Of a stretch of 43,549 nucleotides of DNA, positions 8,807-20,300 are shown in pieces. The DNA lies in IMG/VR virus record IMGVR_UViG_3300040770_000007, positions 1-43,549 of that record; one strand, 5' to 3'. The position numbers were made by a program, and so were the translations under genes. The stretch's first letter is position 1, and every line of letters begins with the position of its first letter. Under the pieces are notes generated by a model that did no database searches, was not told where the DNA came from, and saw only the letters and a list, made by a program, of their open reading frames with translations. Source of the DNA: a virus.

Positions 8807-9548
8807 ATTTAAAAATCACGAAATTGAATTGTATGATTCAATTCAAAACCTTCCGATTTTAAGGTTTCAAAAGTTTAACAAATATCAAATGATCGCGTCC
8901 GACATCGGAAGCGATTTTGCGGATTATGACCAACGCACGCAAAAGGCGTTGGCATTCCTTCAAAAAAATATGGTGAATGAAGCGATTCAAGAACTAAACA
9001 ATCGACGTCAATTGGTGTTTAATGCTTATAATGAATCAAATCCAAATTCAAGATCATTTGCCGTTTTGGTTAAAAGGATCGACAAACAAAAGTTTACCAA
9101 ATACGCGCCGGACGACCTTGATCAAATTATGACCAAATTGAACGACATTGGATTCGAAGCCGAAACGATGTTTGAACAATTGAAGGAAGTAAAAAAAAAA
9201 ATCGAATTGGAATTGCAAGTGTATTACAAAAACTTTTTTCCAAAGGTGGGAAACGTTGAGTTTTTGGCGTTAAGGGTTAAAAGATTGAATTTGTTGTGTG
9301 ATGAAATAATCGATGAAAAGGAAATAAAAGATCCTTTATTTGAAGTTGAAAAAGAATTGTTGGAAAACGACAAGCCGAACAAATGGGATATTTGGGCGGA
9401 CAATAATATGGAAAGGATCTTGGAAGTAGATTTTCAAAAATTCGCCCTAAACGTCACCCAATTGTCCGGAATGAATCTGAATGACACATCAACGTTCGCG
9501 TTTTATGCCGGTGTCGAATATTTAAAAGAAAAGAACCCGAAAAAATAA
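8796..9548 (+). CDS. Protein immediately upstream of the tape measure (250 aa), in the tail-assembly-chaperone position
   Basis: Synteny only. Contains an A11 run at 9191-9201. Confidence 0.7.
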   Translation: MIYKFKNHEIELYDSIQNLPILRFQKFNKYQMIASDIGSDFADYDQRTQKALAFLQKNMVNEAIQELNNRRQLVFNAYNESNPNSRSFAVLVKRIDKQKFTKYAPDDLDQIMTKLNDIGFEAETMFEQLKEVKKKIELELQVYYKNFFPKVGNVEFLALRVKRLNLLCDEIIDEKEIKDPLFEVEKELLENDKPNKWDIWADNNMERILEVDFQKFALNVTQLSGMNLNDTSTFAFYAGVEYLKEKNPKK

Positions 9549-9553
9549 AAAAT

Positions 9554-12500
9554 ATGAGTGAAAATGTAGTTTTTAAGTATAGCGAATTTTTTGAAGACGA
9601 TGGCGGATTCAAAAAAGTTTTGGCGGAATTTGATTTGTTGGGATCTGAATTGGTGGGAAAAGCGAACAAATACAAAAAGGATATAAATGAAGCGTTCAAC
9701 ACGATGGATTTGTCTTCATTGAAAACCTTGGAAGCGCAAATCGAATCGTCAAACGCGCAATTTAAACAATTGGCGACGGCAAAAAATGACGTGATCAAGG
9801 TCGAAAAGGAATACAACGCACAATTGAAAGCGACATTGCAAAATGAAATATTGATTGAAAGAAATAAACAAGCTAAAATCCAATCCGATAAAAAGGAAAT
9901 TGAAGGTTTAAGGGAATTGGACAAAGCAATCCAACAAGAAAATAATACCAAGAAATCCGCAATTGCATTATCGGAAGCACAAAGGCGCGCCGGGGAATCA
10001 CAAGCGCGATCAATGAAGGTGCAAAAAGGAGCCTATTCCGAACTTTCAGCGGAATTACGTGTTTTATTCACACAATCAGCAAATGTGGCGTCGGAAATGT
10101 ATCAATTGGAAGTTGCCGGATTGAAAGCATCACCGCAATATGTCAAATTATCAAAGACATTTGAAGATTTGAAAGGGAGGACGGCGAAATTGGATGGCGC
10201 GTTGAAACAAATTGATTCAACTTTAGGACGCAATCAAAGGAATGTCGGGAACTACGCGTCCGGATATTCGGGAATTAATAATTCGATCAATCAGTTGACA
10301 CGGGAACTTCCGGCGTTCACATTTTCAGCACAAACGGGAATTTTGGCACTTTCAAACAACATCCCTATTTTGACGGATGAAATTGGGCGTTTGGTAAAAA
10401 CAAACAAATCATTGGTGGCGGAAGGAAAGCCGGTCACATCCGTGTTTTCACAGATCGTCAAAGGTGTGTTGAGTTTACAAACCGCAATGGGCGTTGGGAT
10501 CCTATTGTTGACGGTTTATGGAAAGGAAATTGGAATTTGGGCGAAAAGTTTGTTTGGCGCGTCGGAAGCATTGAAGGAATTGACGCAAGCACAAAAAGAT
10601 TTTGCATTGGCTAAAATTGGCGGTCGAAAAGACGCGCAAACCGACATCATAGAATTGCGAAAGTATTTGGCAGTAGTTAAGGACGAAAAAGTGTCAATGG
10701 AAGAAAGAAACATCGCGTTGAAAGCGTTAAGATCACAATTTCCGTTTTTCTTTAAGGACTTGACAGACGCCCAAATTTTATCCGGGAAATATGCACAATC
10801 CGAAAGGGATTTGACAATCGCACTTGAAAAGCGAAAAGAGGTCGAGAAAAAAACGGAATTGAATGTCAAAAACAAACAAAAATTGATTGACATTAATGAA
10901 GAAATTGACTTGCAACAAGAAGTTGTCAAACAATACACTAAACGATCAAATGAGTTGTCCAAATCGACCACGTTGTCGGATCAATACGCGGAATCAATTC
11001 AAAAACTTGGAAAAGAAGAATCCAAATTGTCGAAGTTAAAAAGGGAAGCGGGGAAATATAATCAAGCCATATTGAAAAATGACAACGACATTTTCAAATT
11101 AAAGAAAGAAACGATTTCACTTGAATTCCAAGAAGAAAAAGACAAACAAGACAAGATCAAGGATATACAACAAACGGGAAATGTTGATTATTTGGCGAAT
11201 GATTTCCAATTGCGAAAACTATTGTTGGAAAACACGATCAAGGGGAATTCGGAAATATTTGGTTCCGACAAATACACTTTGGAACAAAGATTGGACGCAC
11301 AAAAAAATATGGTTGCGCAAATGTTGAGTTTGGCGGAAATGGAAAAACGCGAAGCATTGCGATTATTGTCAAATAAATACAATGAAGAAAGATCGGAAAC
11401 GATCAAAGACAATGACGGAAAAGTTATTGCGAAAAAGTACACAAACAACGGTTTGTTGGAATTAGAAAAACAATATTTGTTGGACAAAAAAATCATTCAA
11501 GAAACTTTCCGTCAAGCCGAAATCGAAGCCAACAAAAAAGGCGAAAAAATTATGACATTGGACACTTTGAATTTCCAATTGCAAAATTTGCAGTATTTAC
11601 AAAAGAATCTTTCGGACAAATCGGAAGTTTATGTGGCGTATTCCAAAAGAATAAGTGAAGTACAAACCAAGATCAACAATATAATAAATCAAGAAAAAGG
11701 ATTGGAGTTGACCGACAAAGTCACGGTGAACGAAAATGAATTGGCAAGGATTGAAAAATTCCGTGATCGTTTGTTTGGTACTTTAGACAAGACAAACAAC
11801 CGTCGAACTACATTGAAGGAACAAAAACAAATATTGCGTGACATTGAAGCGTTTGAAGACGAAAAAACGGACATCGAAGCGGACGCGGAAATTCAAAGAA
11901 AGTTGGCGCGCTTGTATTCTATTGAACAAGAAAAGAAAGCGTTTGTCGATAATTCAAACGAGTTCAAACAATTGGAAATTGAAGCACAAGGAATCAAAAA
12001 AGGATTGCAAAATGACGAAATAAAACGTCGTTTGGATGCGGAAAAGAAAGCCAACAAAGCATCGTTGGACAACTTCAAAGATTTTTTCGAAGACTTCGAC
12101 CGTTTGATGTCTTTGGTTTTGGATAAATTAATCGACATCACGCAAAAAAGAGTTGATCAAGACAAAGTGTTGTTGGAAAACCAAAAGAAAACAATTGAAA
12201 TTCAGCAACAAAGAGCCGGTGAAGGATTGGACAATACATTGGCGTATGAACAACGCCAATTGGGGAAAAGGGAATCGGATTTGTTGAAGCGTGAAAAACA
12301 AGAACAAAGATTGCAAAAAATAAAAACGATTTACACTTCATATTCCGGTTATGCTAACCAAGATCCGGACACGGCAATCCAAAAAACCTTGCGTGACTTC
12401 GCATTGTTGGAAGCGATCACGGCGTCGTTTGGTGATGGTGGAGTTGTTGAAGACAAGTTGCCAACAAACGGGATCTTTCGCGGACAATCCCACAAAGGAA

Positions 12501-12862
12501 ACAATAAGGGGATCCCAATTTTGGTTGAAGGGCGTGAAGGAATATTCAGCGCGCAAGAAATGGACAATTTGGGAAAAGATAATTTTTATAAAATGAAGGA
12601 CATCGCGTCAATGGGAAAAGTTGATTCGAATTTTTTCACCGCACAAAGACAACAATTTGTCCAATCAACAACAAGACGTCCAAAATCGGATCCTGCATTG
12701 ATAAACGAAATGCGTGAAGTCAAAAGAGCGATCGAAGGGAAACCGGTTCAGAATTGGGACGTTGCAAATGTTGCGGACGGTGTTATGGAATTAGTTGAAA
12801 CCGTTATGACAAAAAATCACGTTATTCGCAATCATTACACAACCAAAAAAAGAAAAATATAA
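9554..12862 (+). CDS. Tail tape measure protein (1102 aa)
   Basis: Very long K/E/Q/L-rich coiled-coil ORF with central hydrophobic segments (ILALSNNIPILT, GVLSLQTAMGVGILLLTVYG), upstream of the tail-tip genes. Confidence 0.85.
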   Translation: MSENVVFKYSEFFEDDGGFKKVLAEFDLLGSELVGKANKYKKDINEAFNTMDLSSLKTLEAQIESSNAQFKQLATAKNDVIKVEKEYNAQLKATLQNEILIERNKQAKIQSDKKEIEGLRELDKAIQQENNTKKSAIALSEAQRRAGESQARSMKVQKGAYSELSAELRVLFTQSANVASEMYQLEVAGLKASPQYVKLSKTFEDLKGRTAKLDGALKQIDSTLGRNQRNVGNYASGYSGINNSINQLTRELPAFTFSAQTGILALSNNIPILTDEIGRLVKTNKSLVAEGKPVTSVFSQIVKGVLSLQTAMGVGILLLTVYGKEIGIWAKSLFGASEALKELTQAQKDFALAKIGGRKDAQTDIIELRKYLAVVKDEKVSMEERNIALKALRSQFPFFFKDLTDAQILSGKYAQSERDLTIALEKRKEVEKKTELNVKNKQKLIDINEEIDLQQEVVKQYTKRSNELSKSTTLSDQYAESIQKLGKEESKLSKLKREAGKYNQAILKNDNDIFKLKKETISLEFQEEKDKQDKIKDIQQTGNVDYLANDFQLRKLLLENTIKGNSEIFGSDKYTLEQRLDAQKNMVAQMLSLAEMEKREALRLLSNKYNEERSETIKDNDGKVIAKKYTNNGLLELEKQYLLDKKIIQETFRQAEIEANKKGEKIMTLDTLNFQLQNLQYLQKNLSDKSEVYVAYSKRISEVQTKINNIINQEKGLELTDKVTVNENELARIEKFRDRLFGTLDKTNNRRTTLKEQKQILRDIEAFEDEKTDIEADAEIQRKLARLYSIEQEKKAFVDNSNEFKQLEIEAQGIKKGLQNDEIKRRLDAEKKANKASLDNFKDFFEDFDRLMSLVLDKLIDITQKRVDQDKVLLENQKKTIEIQQQRAGEGLDNTLAYEQRQLGKRESDLLKREKQEQRLQKIKTIYTSYSGYANQDPDTAIQKTLRDFALLEAITASFGDGGVVEDKLPTNGIFRGQSHKGNNKGIPILVEGREGIFSAQEMDNLGKDNFYKMKDIASMGKVDSNFFTAQRQQFVQSTTRRPKSDPALINEMREVKRAIEGKPVQNWDVANVADGVMELVETVMTKNHVIRNHYTTKKRKI

Positions 12863-14616
12863 TGGCGGAAATTAGACATTTTTTAAACGATCAAGATTTT
12901 GGCGAACCAAGGAATTGGCAAGATTTGGAAATCACAATTGATTGGTTGAACGCCAAGGAATCCGGAACGATAAACGTTTCGGATTTGGCGTTTGTTGGTG
13001 AAGCGAATCAATATTTGCAAAAAAGGATCATTGACGGATTGAACGGTGGCGTCGGAATCTTTGAAGGTGATCCCTACAAAATGACGGTTGGTGATCCGGC
13101 GAATCCGACATTCACTTTTGAAGGATTTTTGGATTTCACGCAATCAATGACGGTGATTGGAAAAGAGGAAATCATTTGCGCATTAAAGAAAAAACACGGT
13201 GAAGATTGGTTGAACGATGTCGCGGACGGATTTTCAATGGCTTTTTTATATGATCAAGGCGTGATCGTGAATGGGGATTTTGTCAAAGTCCCGTATGTGA
13301 TCAATTACATTCCCGACGGAATGCAAATCATTGTTGTTTCAATGTCGCTTTTTATGATGACAAAAGAATTGATCGAAAATGTCGAAAAGTTGTCGGAAGT
13401 GATCGCGGACGTTGCCAACGCATCGACACCCGTGATTGGTGTTGGTGTTGGTTTTGGAGCCGTTGCGGTGACGGCGTGGGATTTGGGTGATTGGATTATG
13501 ATTGCATTGAAAGCATTGGCGCGTATTGCTTATATAATAGCCATTACAATCGCAATAGTGAATTTAATAAAAGAAATATTCGAACAATTGTTGCCGAAAA
13601 AACGTGATCACCTTGGAATGACGTTCCGCCGTATGTTTGAAAGATCGTGTCAACACCTTGGTTTGCGTTTTTATTCCGACATCAAAGAATTGGATTGGGT
13701 TCATATTCCAAGAAAAGACAAAAAAGGCGGATCAAATGGTGAAACCGGTTTTCCTTCGAATAGTGAACCAATATACACATTCGGTGATTTGATCCGATCA
13801 ATGAAAGAAATGTTTAACGCGGATTATAGGATCAAAGACGGAATTTTTTATTTCCAACGAAAAGACAGTTTTATTTTTCCGTCACCTTATAAAATGCCGG
13901 ATTATTTTAACAACCAAGAAAGGATCTTGGACAATGTGAAATTCAACACCGACGAAATGGTTTCGAATTACAACATTTATTGGGCGTTAGACATCCAAGA
14001 TCAAAACACTTTGGATGTTGTTGACGGAAGGGTTTTTCAAGCCATTACAAGTCCAATCAGTACGATAAACAAGGATTTCGTTATGATCAAAAACATCACG
14101 GAAATTTCATTGCCTTTTTCAATGGGACGTGAAAAAACATCATTGACAACGGTTGAAGAAATATTGAAACAATTGGCAAAGGTTGTTGACGGTTTAACCG
14201 GTATTTTTGGAAGGGGAACAAGATTTGGCGCGCAAATTGAAAACCGTGTTGGATCTTTGTTGTTGTCGTCACATTTTTTGACATCCGGGAAAGTGGTGAA
14301 AATGTCCGGGACAAAGTTGGCAAACAATCAACGTTTGGAATTGGATTCCAAAATGTTGTGGGACAAATATCATTTTATTAATTCGTTTGCGGAATATCAA
14401 GGTGAACACAATCAGTTTTTTAGATATGAAGATCAACCGGTTCCAATGACGATAAAAGATTTCGCGATTTTGATGGAAAACAACAACGCGACGGATTCGC
14501 AAGGGAATGAATATTTCATTGAAAGGGTTGTTTATAATCCGGACAAAACCACGGCGTTGATAAATTATCGAGTTAAAAGAAAATACACAAACAATTTACA
14601 AATCAAAATCGTGTGA
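12862..14616 (+). CDS. Tail-tip protein in the distal-tail position (584 aa)
   Basis: Its start overlaps the tape-measure stop (TAATG). The call rests on position. It contains unusual hydrophobic stretches (see findings). Confidence 0.75.
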   Translation: MAEIRHFLNDQDFGEPRNWQDLEITIDWLNAKESGTINVSDLAFVGEANQYLQKRIIDGLNGGVGIFEGDPYKMTVGDPANPTFTFEGFLDFTQSMTVIGKEEIICALKKKHGEDWLNDVADGFSMAFLYDQGVIVNGDFVKVPYVINYIPDGMQIIVVSMSLFMMTKELIENVEKLSEVIADVANASTPVIGVGVGFGAVAVTAWDLGDWIMIALKALARIAYIIAITIAIVNLIKEIFEQLLPKKRDHLGMTFRRMFERSCQHLGLRFYSDIKELDWVHIPRKDKKGGSNGETGFPSNSEPIYTFGDLIRSMKEMFNADYRIKDGIFYFQRKDSFIFPSPYKMPDYFNNQERILDNVKFNTDEMVSNYNIYWALDIQDQNTLDVVDGRVFQAITSPISTINKDFVMIKNITEISLPFSMGREKTSLTTVEEILKQLAKVVDGLTGIFGRGTRFGAQIENRVGSLLLSSHFLTSGKVVKMSGTKLANNQRLELDSKMLWDKYHFINSFAEYQGEHNQFFRYEDQPVPMTIKDFAILMENNNATDSQGNEYFIERVVYNPDKTTALINYRVKRKYTNNLQIKIV

Positions 14617-14620
14617 TAAA

Positions 14621-14872
14621 ATGGATTTAAAAATGATATTGGAACAATCGGAATTGGCAAAAAATGCAATTGAACAAATAAACGTTCAAAATCGTATATT
14701 TGAAAACACAATTCAACAAGCCTTGATCGACGCGCCGGAAGGGGATAAAAAAAAGATCAATGAAGTTCAAATCCTTATGAATAAGGTGACAAACTTGGCG
14801 AAAAATGGACAATTAGTCGAAGCGCAAAACCTTATAAAAGAATTTCAAAATGGCGGTAAAAATAATAAATAG
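14621..14872 (+). CDS. Small hypothetical protein (83 aa)
   Basis: ORF in a tight gene array with a helical, Q/N/E-rich composition. Confidence 0.55.
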   Translation: MDLKMILEQSELAKNAIEQINVQNRIFENTIQQALIDAPEGDKKKINEVQILMNKVTNLAKNGQLVEAQNLIKEFQNGGKNNK

Positions 14873-17360
14873 AGCATACAACGAAATTTTCACAAACGGA
14901 TCAACCGATTGGTTGTTGGGAAATGTTGGTGATTGGCAAGTCTTGACATTGAAGGTTGAATCGTCCGTGGATTATTCAGCGACACAACAAGAACCATTGC
15001 AAATTGATTATTTGAACCGGGCGTTCATTTTGTCAAACGGGAAAAATTGGGGTGATTATGGGTTTGACGCCGGTATGTCAATTATTTTAAAATATAAGTA
15101 CTTACAAGACACAAACGGGGACGGGAATTTCAATGTTGTGACACCGTATCAAAAACCATTCACGATCGCGAACGTGTATGGATCAACGTTGGAAGTTGTT
15201 CAAAATATAGACGTCCAAACGTTTGAAAGCATTCCAACGAATTTCGGAACAAAAAAGATCACGGAAGTCAAAATCTTTGTGGATAAAATGCCGGAAGGAT
15301 TGAGGTTGAAATATGCACATTTGACCAATGACAATTTTCAATCGTCAAATTTGAATTCATTGATCGACGGAACGGTTTCCGAATTTGTAAAACCCAACAT
15401 TTTAAACAACGGACAATTTCAGTCAATGGAAGCCGTCGGACTTCAATCCGGGATGTCGATTCGATTGGTTGAGGTTAAACCATACGGAAAAAAAATCGGG
15501 ACGGACAATGTTTATCAATACGACATCAAAATCCAATATATGATTTCGTCAATATTTGAAGATCTTTCGACATTACAAAACAAGTCGATTCCTTCATATT
15601 TGACCGGTGATGGATCTTTGACCGACAATTTTTCAATTGAATTTTATCCGGAATGGAACAATCCAAACGTAAAAATCAAAAACAATTTGAAAGAAACGGA
15701 ACGTTTGGGGAACACGGGTTGGTTTGATGAAAACTTCAATCAGTTAAAAAACGATTTTAAGGTCGATTCCTTGCAATATTTCGATATTGATGGGAATCAA
15801 GTCGATTCAATCGATTATTCAAAGCAAACCAAGGTTAAAATGATTATTTCGGGCGTTCCGAATCTTAATTCACAAACGGAATGTGGTTTTGGTTTCGCTT
15901 GGATCCCTTCGAATGATTCAGATTATAAAAATAAAGAAACACCATTGTATCGAAATTTATTCATTCAATCGGGATCATTGATCAACGGTTTCGCGTTGAA
16001 CACTTTATTTCCGGACGTGAATTTCGGTGCAGGATTGAACGGGGCGTCAATGGATTCGTCCGCGGTTAAGTTCACCGGGTTGAATGGCAAAATAATAATG
16101 GAAGCGAATTTCATCCCGAATCCGGCTTTTTTCGCATTATTTGACAAAAAAGATCCAAGCGATCGAAATTTCATTCTTTGGGTTTCAGTTGCCGACGGAT
16201 CATTGGATCGAAATTTTTCCGATCGTGTTTCATTGTTGGCGGATTTTGGATCCTTGATGAAAAACATTCCACCGGCGGGTGAATATCCTTATATTGACAA
16301 TAAGTTCATTGAACACCCGTATGACGATACAAATGTTGGCGAAGTGGTTTTGGAAGGCATTGTCCAAGACGATGTCTTGTGTCGAATGCCATTTCGAATC
16401 AAGAAAGACAAAACAACGGTTTTTCAAAAAATTGAATTCGGTGTCGAAGCGTTTAACCTTGGATTAAATGAAGACTTTGTCTTGGACAAATACGAAATTG
16501 ATTTGACACAATATCCGACCGATTCCACGGGCGCGCAACAATTCAATGTTGATCAATCAAGGGGATTCAAATTGAATTCCGGGAACAATAAAAATTGGGT
16601 AAAGGTGAAAAGGGAACCGGCAATGGACACGGTTGAATTCAATGGGTACATTGCTTATTTTGGGATAAAAATAAGATATGAAGATTGGATCTTGAATCAA
16701 CAAACGCCAAACTATTTTTTCAACGCAAGTCAAACGAATAATGGATTCAATAATGATTGGGTAAATTATATAAAAACAAACGGTTGGAAAATCAATTTTT
16801 TTGCAAAGATCAACGCAATCGTCAATGGTGATTTATTACAGTACAAAAACCAATGGGAAATGAAGTTTTCGGATTATGATGAAAACCAAAACATTGACAC
16901 AACACATCAATATTTCAGACATTCGGACAATACTTTGTTGAATATTGGGACGGATCCGGATTCGGGAAAAACTTTGGGTGTGATCCTATCAAACGAACCA
17001 ACACGAATTGAAATTTCATTTGATATATTGGACGACGGCGTTTGGGATATTTCAAAAACGTATGGCGTGACAACGATAGAAATTGACCGTGGCGCGGGAC
17101 AAAAAGAAATGCGGCAATTGTCATCGGTTTTGGATTCGGAAACGGACAATCCATTGATCCCGGTTCCGGGTGAATCAAAATTGAAAATGGAAGTGGATGT
17201 CACCAACAAGGTTTTGAAAACAACTTGTTTAATTGATCCGGATTTATTGTCAAATGGTGAAAAATACCGAATCACCGGTCGCGTTGGTTGTATGGATGAC
17301 AATGGCGACATATATGATAATGGTTTGTATAACTTTAGGTTTGAAAACAAATATGAATAA
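14850..17360 (+). CDS. Large tail-tip/baseplate-like protein (836 aa)
   Basis: Size and position downstream of the tape measure. Confidence 0.75.
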   Translation: MAVKIINRAYNEIFTNGSTDWLLGNVGDWQVLTLKVESSVDYSATQQEPLQIDYLNRAFILSNGKNWGDYGFDAGMSIILKYKYLQDTNGDGNFNVVTPYQKPFTIANVYGSTLEVVQNIDVQTFESIPTNFGTKKITEVKIFVDKMPEGLRLKYAHLTNDNFQSSNLNSLIDGTVSEFVKPNILNNGQFQSMEAVGLQSGMSIRLVEVKPYGKKIGTDNVYQYDIKIQYMISSIFEDLSTLQNKSIPSYLTGDGSLTDNFSIEFYPEWNNPNVKIKNNLKETERLGNTGWFDENFNQLKNDFKVDSLQYFDIDGNQVDSIDYSKQTKVKMIISGVPNLNSQTECGFGFAWIPSNDSDYKNKETPLYRNLFIQSGSLINGFALNTLFPDVNFGAGLNGASMDSSAVKFTGLNGKIIMEANFIPNPAFFALFDKKDPSDRNFILWVSVADGSLDRNFSDRVSLLADFGSLMKNIPPAGEYPYIDNKFIEHPYDDTNVGEVVLEGIVQDDVLCRMPFRIKKDKTTVFQKIEFGVEAFNLGLNEDFVLDKYEIDLTQYPTDSTGAQQFNVDQSRGFKLNSGNNKNWVKVKREPAMDTVEFNGYIAYFGIKIRYEDWILNQQTPNYFFNASQTNNGFNNDWVNYIKTNGWKINFFAKINAIVNGDLLQYKNQWEMKFSDYDENQNIDTTHQYFRHSDNTLLNIGTDPDSGKTLGVILSNEPTRIEISFDILDDGVWDISKTYGVTTIEIDRGAGQKEMRQLSSVLDSETDNPLIPVPGESKLKMEVDVTNKVLKTTCLIDPDLLSNGEKYRITGRVGCMDDNGDIYDNGLYNFRFENKYE

Positions 17361-17378
17361 TTTAATACACAAATAGAA

Positions 17379-20300
17379 ATGGCGGACAATTTAAGATCTT
17401 TAGAAGAAAGAATCGACACGGACATCGATCCAAATGGAACACCGGGTTCCATATTTGCGGAAAATCACAACGCGATCGAAAAGGAAATTTTAAGAAAGGC
17501 GGGAAAATATTCCGGATCACCTTTTTTGGCAACAAAACAAGCGACGGTTTTTGTTCCGGGAACTTTATCATTGAACGGGAACGCGTTGAACGTGTTGACG
17601 AACTTCAATGTCACCGCGTCAAAATTGACGTCGGATTTGATTGATTTTGGAAAGACCTTGGCGACATTGGAAATTGGTGATTTGATTCAATTCAAAGACT
17701 ATTCCGGAAGGGCGTTTTTATTGGAATTCCAATCGTATGTTTCAAACACCGACGGATCGGGAAATCCGATTTTTGACATTACGGTCAAAGGGGTGTTGGA
17801 AAATACAAACTATATTTATCAAGACAACGAAACATCCGCGTCGATCCTTTCGGTGATAAAGAAAATTAAACCGTTGCAAAAGTCATTGACTTCAATTGTC
17901 ACGGACGACGGAACCGCAAGCGCGACAACACCGGACGACACGTTTAATTTTGAAGGCGGAAACGGTGCAATTGTCAGCGCGTCGGGAAAAACGATCACGA
18001 TCACGCCAAAAGTTCAAACCATAGCGGAAACGCCAAATTTGCAAGACGAATTGGATTTGAAAGCGTCAAAAGCGTATGCGGATTCTTTGGTTGTTGGATT
18101 GATTGACGATCGTGGAAATTATGACGCATCAACAAATACATTTCCGACAACGGGTGGATCCGGAACGTCGGGCGCGGTTTTAAAGGGTGATTTGTGGTAT
18201 ATATCCGCGCCGGGAACTTTAGGTGGACAAGACGTTGGAATTGGTGACAGTTTCAGAGCATTAACGGACGCACCGGGACAAACCGCGACGAATTGGGACA
18301 TATTGGAATCAAATATTGGATATGTCCCGGAAAACAACGCGAACAAATCAACATCCGTTTTTGCGGATTATTTATCCGACATTAAATTCCCAACGGTCAA
18401 ATCGGTTTATGATTTTTGTATGTCAGCATTTAGAAAGAAATTTTTAAGTTTTGGCGACATCACCGGGACAACGCACACATTCGGGGCGGGATCTGAAAAC
18501 GTGATGTTTAAATTTTCAAATAATAGTGCGATCACCGCCACGATCCCAACAAACGCAACAACACCAATTGACATTGGATCCGTATTTGAAACAATACCAA
18601 CGGGAAATGGAATTTTGACCGTTCAAGGCGCGGTCGGTGTTACTATTTTGACAAACTTGACATCACCTTCCGTTAAAAATGAAGTAAGACGATACACAAA
18701 AATAGACACTAATACTTGGACAATTGAAGGAAATAATAGTGGCGGATCTTCTGAAATATCTATAAGAAACGCAAGTGATGTTGAACAATTCAAAATCACG
18801 GATTTAATAAGGTTTGAAAATGTTTCATTTGATTCAGCAAATAAAAAAATCGGGATCGATCCTTTGCTTCCTTTATCCGCTTATTTAGATTTCAACAATG
18901 GTTCCGACACGACCGGCGTTATTGAAAACGCAAAAAAGCCATTTAAAACAATTCAAGCGTTGTTGACCGCATTACCCGCGACCGGTGGCGAAACATACAC
19001 AATTTATATTTATTCGGGAAATGTTAGTTTTACGCGAAAAATGGCAAGGCGAAATTTAAGATTTATTTCGTATGTAGATACAACCTTAATTTTTGACACC
19101 GTTAAAGAAGCCGACGGAATCACAAACGCCGGATTTTTATTTAGTGATGCCGGCGGAACGGATAGGACTTGGACATTTGAAAATTCAAATATTAGTTTTT
19201 CAAGTTCGAGATCAATAAGGTTTGGAAGGGAATTCAACACCGGGGTTGTTTTTAAAGGTAATATAAACAATTTGACTTGGGTTGGTGGCGAAATATATGT
19301 CCAACAAAATTCAAATATTAAAATAAACAATGTCACATCGTTTGGTGGGTTTTTTAATGGTGTTGGAAATGGATCCGACAAGTTGCCGTCATACATTGAA
19401 ATTGATTATTTTAATGTAACTGCAAACGCAAATATAATTGGATCATACAAAGGAACTTTGAGAATAAATAATTTGGTTAAAACAAATATTGGAACTTCAA
19501 ATGATATTGATTTTTCAATTCCGAATTCCGGAACAAATGACATAACTTTAGAGTTTAAAAACATTACACACAACGGTTTGATCACTACCTATGTAAACAA
19601 AGTAAATTTTATTGATTGTGTTGTAAATAATTTGGCAACATTTTATTTTGGAAAAATAAATGGATATTCACAAGGAATTGTGACGGGGAATTTGATTGGA
19701 ACAAATTTCAATGATAACGGATACTTTGGGAACGGAACTTATTTCAAGAATTTTACCGGTAGGATTGGCGGTTGTACATTGGCTAATGGTGTTTATACTT
19801 TTGACAATTGTAATATAACAACAAACACAACGTTGACGAATCGATGGGGTTCCGCAACATTAAAAGAAGCCGTTTTCTTTAAAGGTTACAATACTATTAC
19901 GCAATTAGTGACCGGCGGTGGATTGATAGGTTCGGAAGCGGAAACAACCGTTGAATTTGGTGGAACCGTTAGAACAAACGCAAATAATTTTGGTTCAAGG
20001 GTTAAAAGTGTATATGTAAATTCAACATTTAAAGAAAAACTTTTTGAAGTTGTAATAAGATCAAAAAATGATTTAGTTGGTAGAATATTAGATTCTAATA
20101 CAACTTATATAATTGACGGAAACATTGTTTTATTAAGCGGTGAATTTATTAATATACCGGCAAGCGGTTTGACTTTAATTGGTTACGGATTTAATGTTTC
20201 AATAATTACAAAAAACGTTTCCGGTGAAAGTATTTTTGCAAGTCCGGTTGGTGGATCGGGTGATTTTATATCAAATAACGTTCAATTAAATTCCGGTATT

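Noticed and set aside
9191-9201. The A11 homopolymer in the gene upstream of the tape measure as a canonical tail-chaperone (G/GT-type) programmed frameshift site.
   Set aside because: The zero frame stays open for another 115 codons. Both shifted frames terminate within about 25 codons (TGA at 9257-9259 in the -1 frame, TAA at 9271-9273 in the +1 frame), so slippage would only truncate the product and would not create the longer fusion that defines the G/GT system. It remains a possible slippage or sequencing-error hotspot.
28-17452. Minus-strand ORFs of 60-180 aa (for example 28..423, 3738..4202, 9454..9951, 10516..10971, 16907..17452, 19010..19396, 25184..25651, 29012..29395 and 34362..34778).
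   Set aside because: All lie antisense to long, well-supported + strand genes. Their products are low-complexity, F/L/S/I-rich, the kind of sequence expected from translating the complement of K/E-rich coding DNA. They have no start-site context or coupling, and there is no coherent minus-strand operon.
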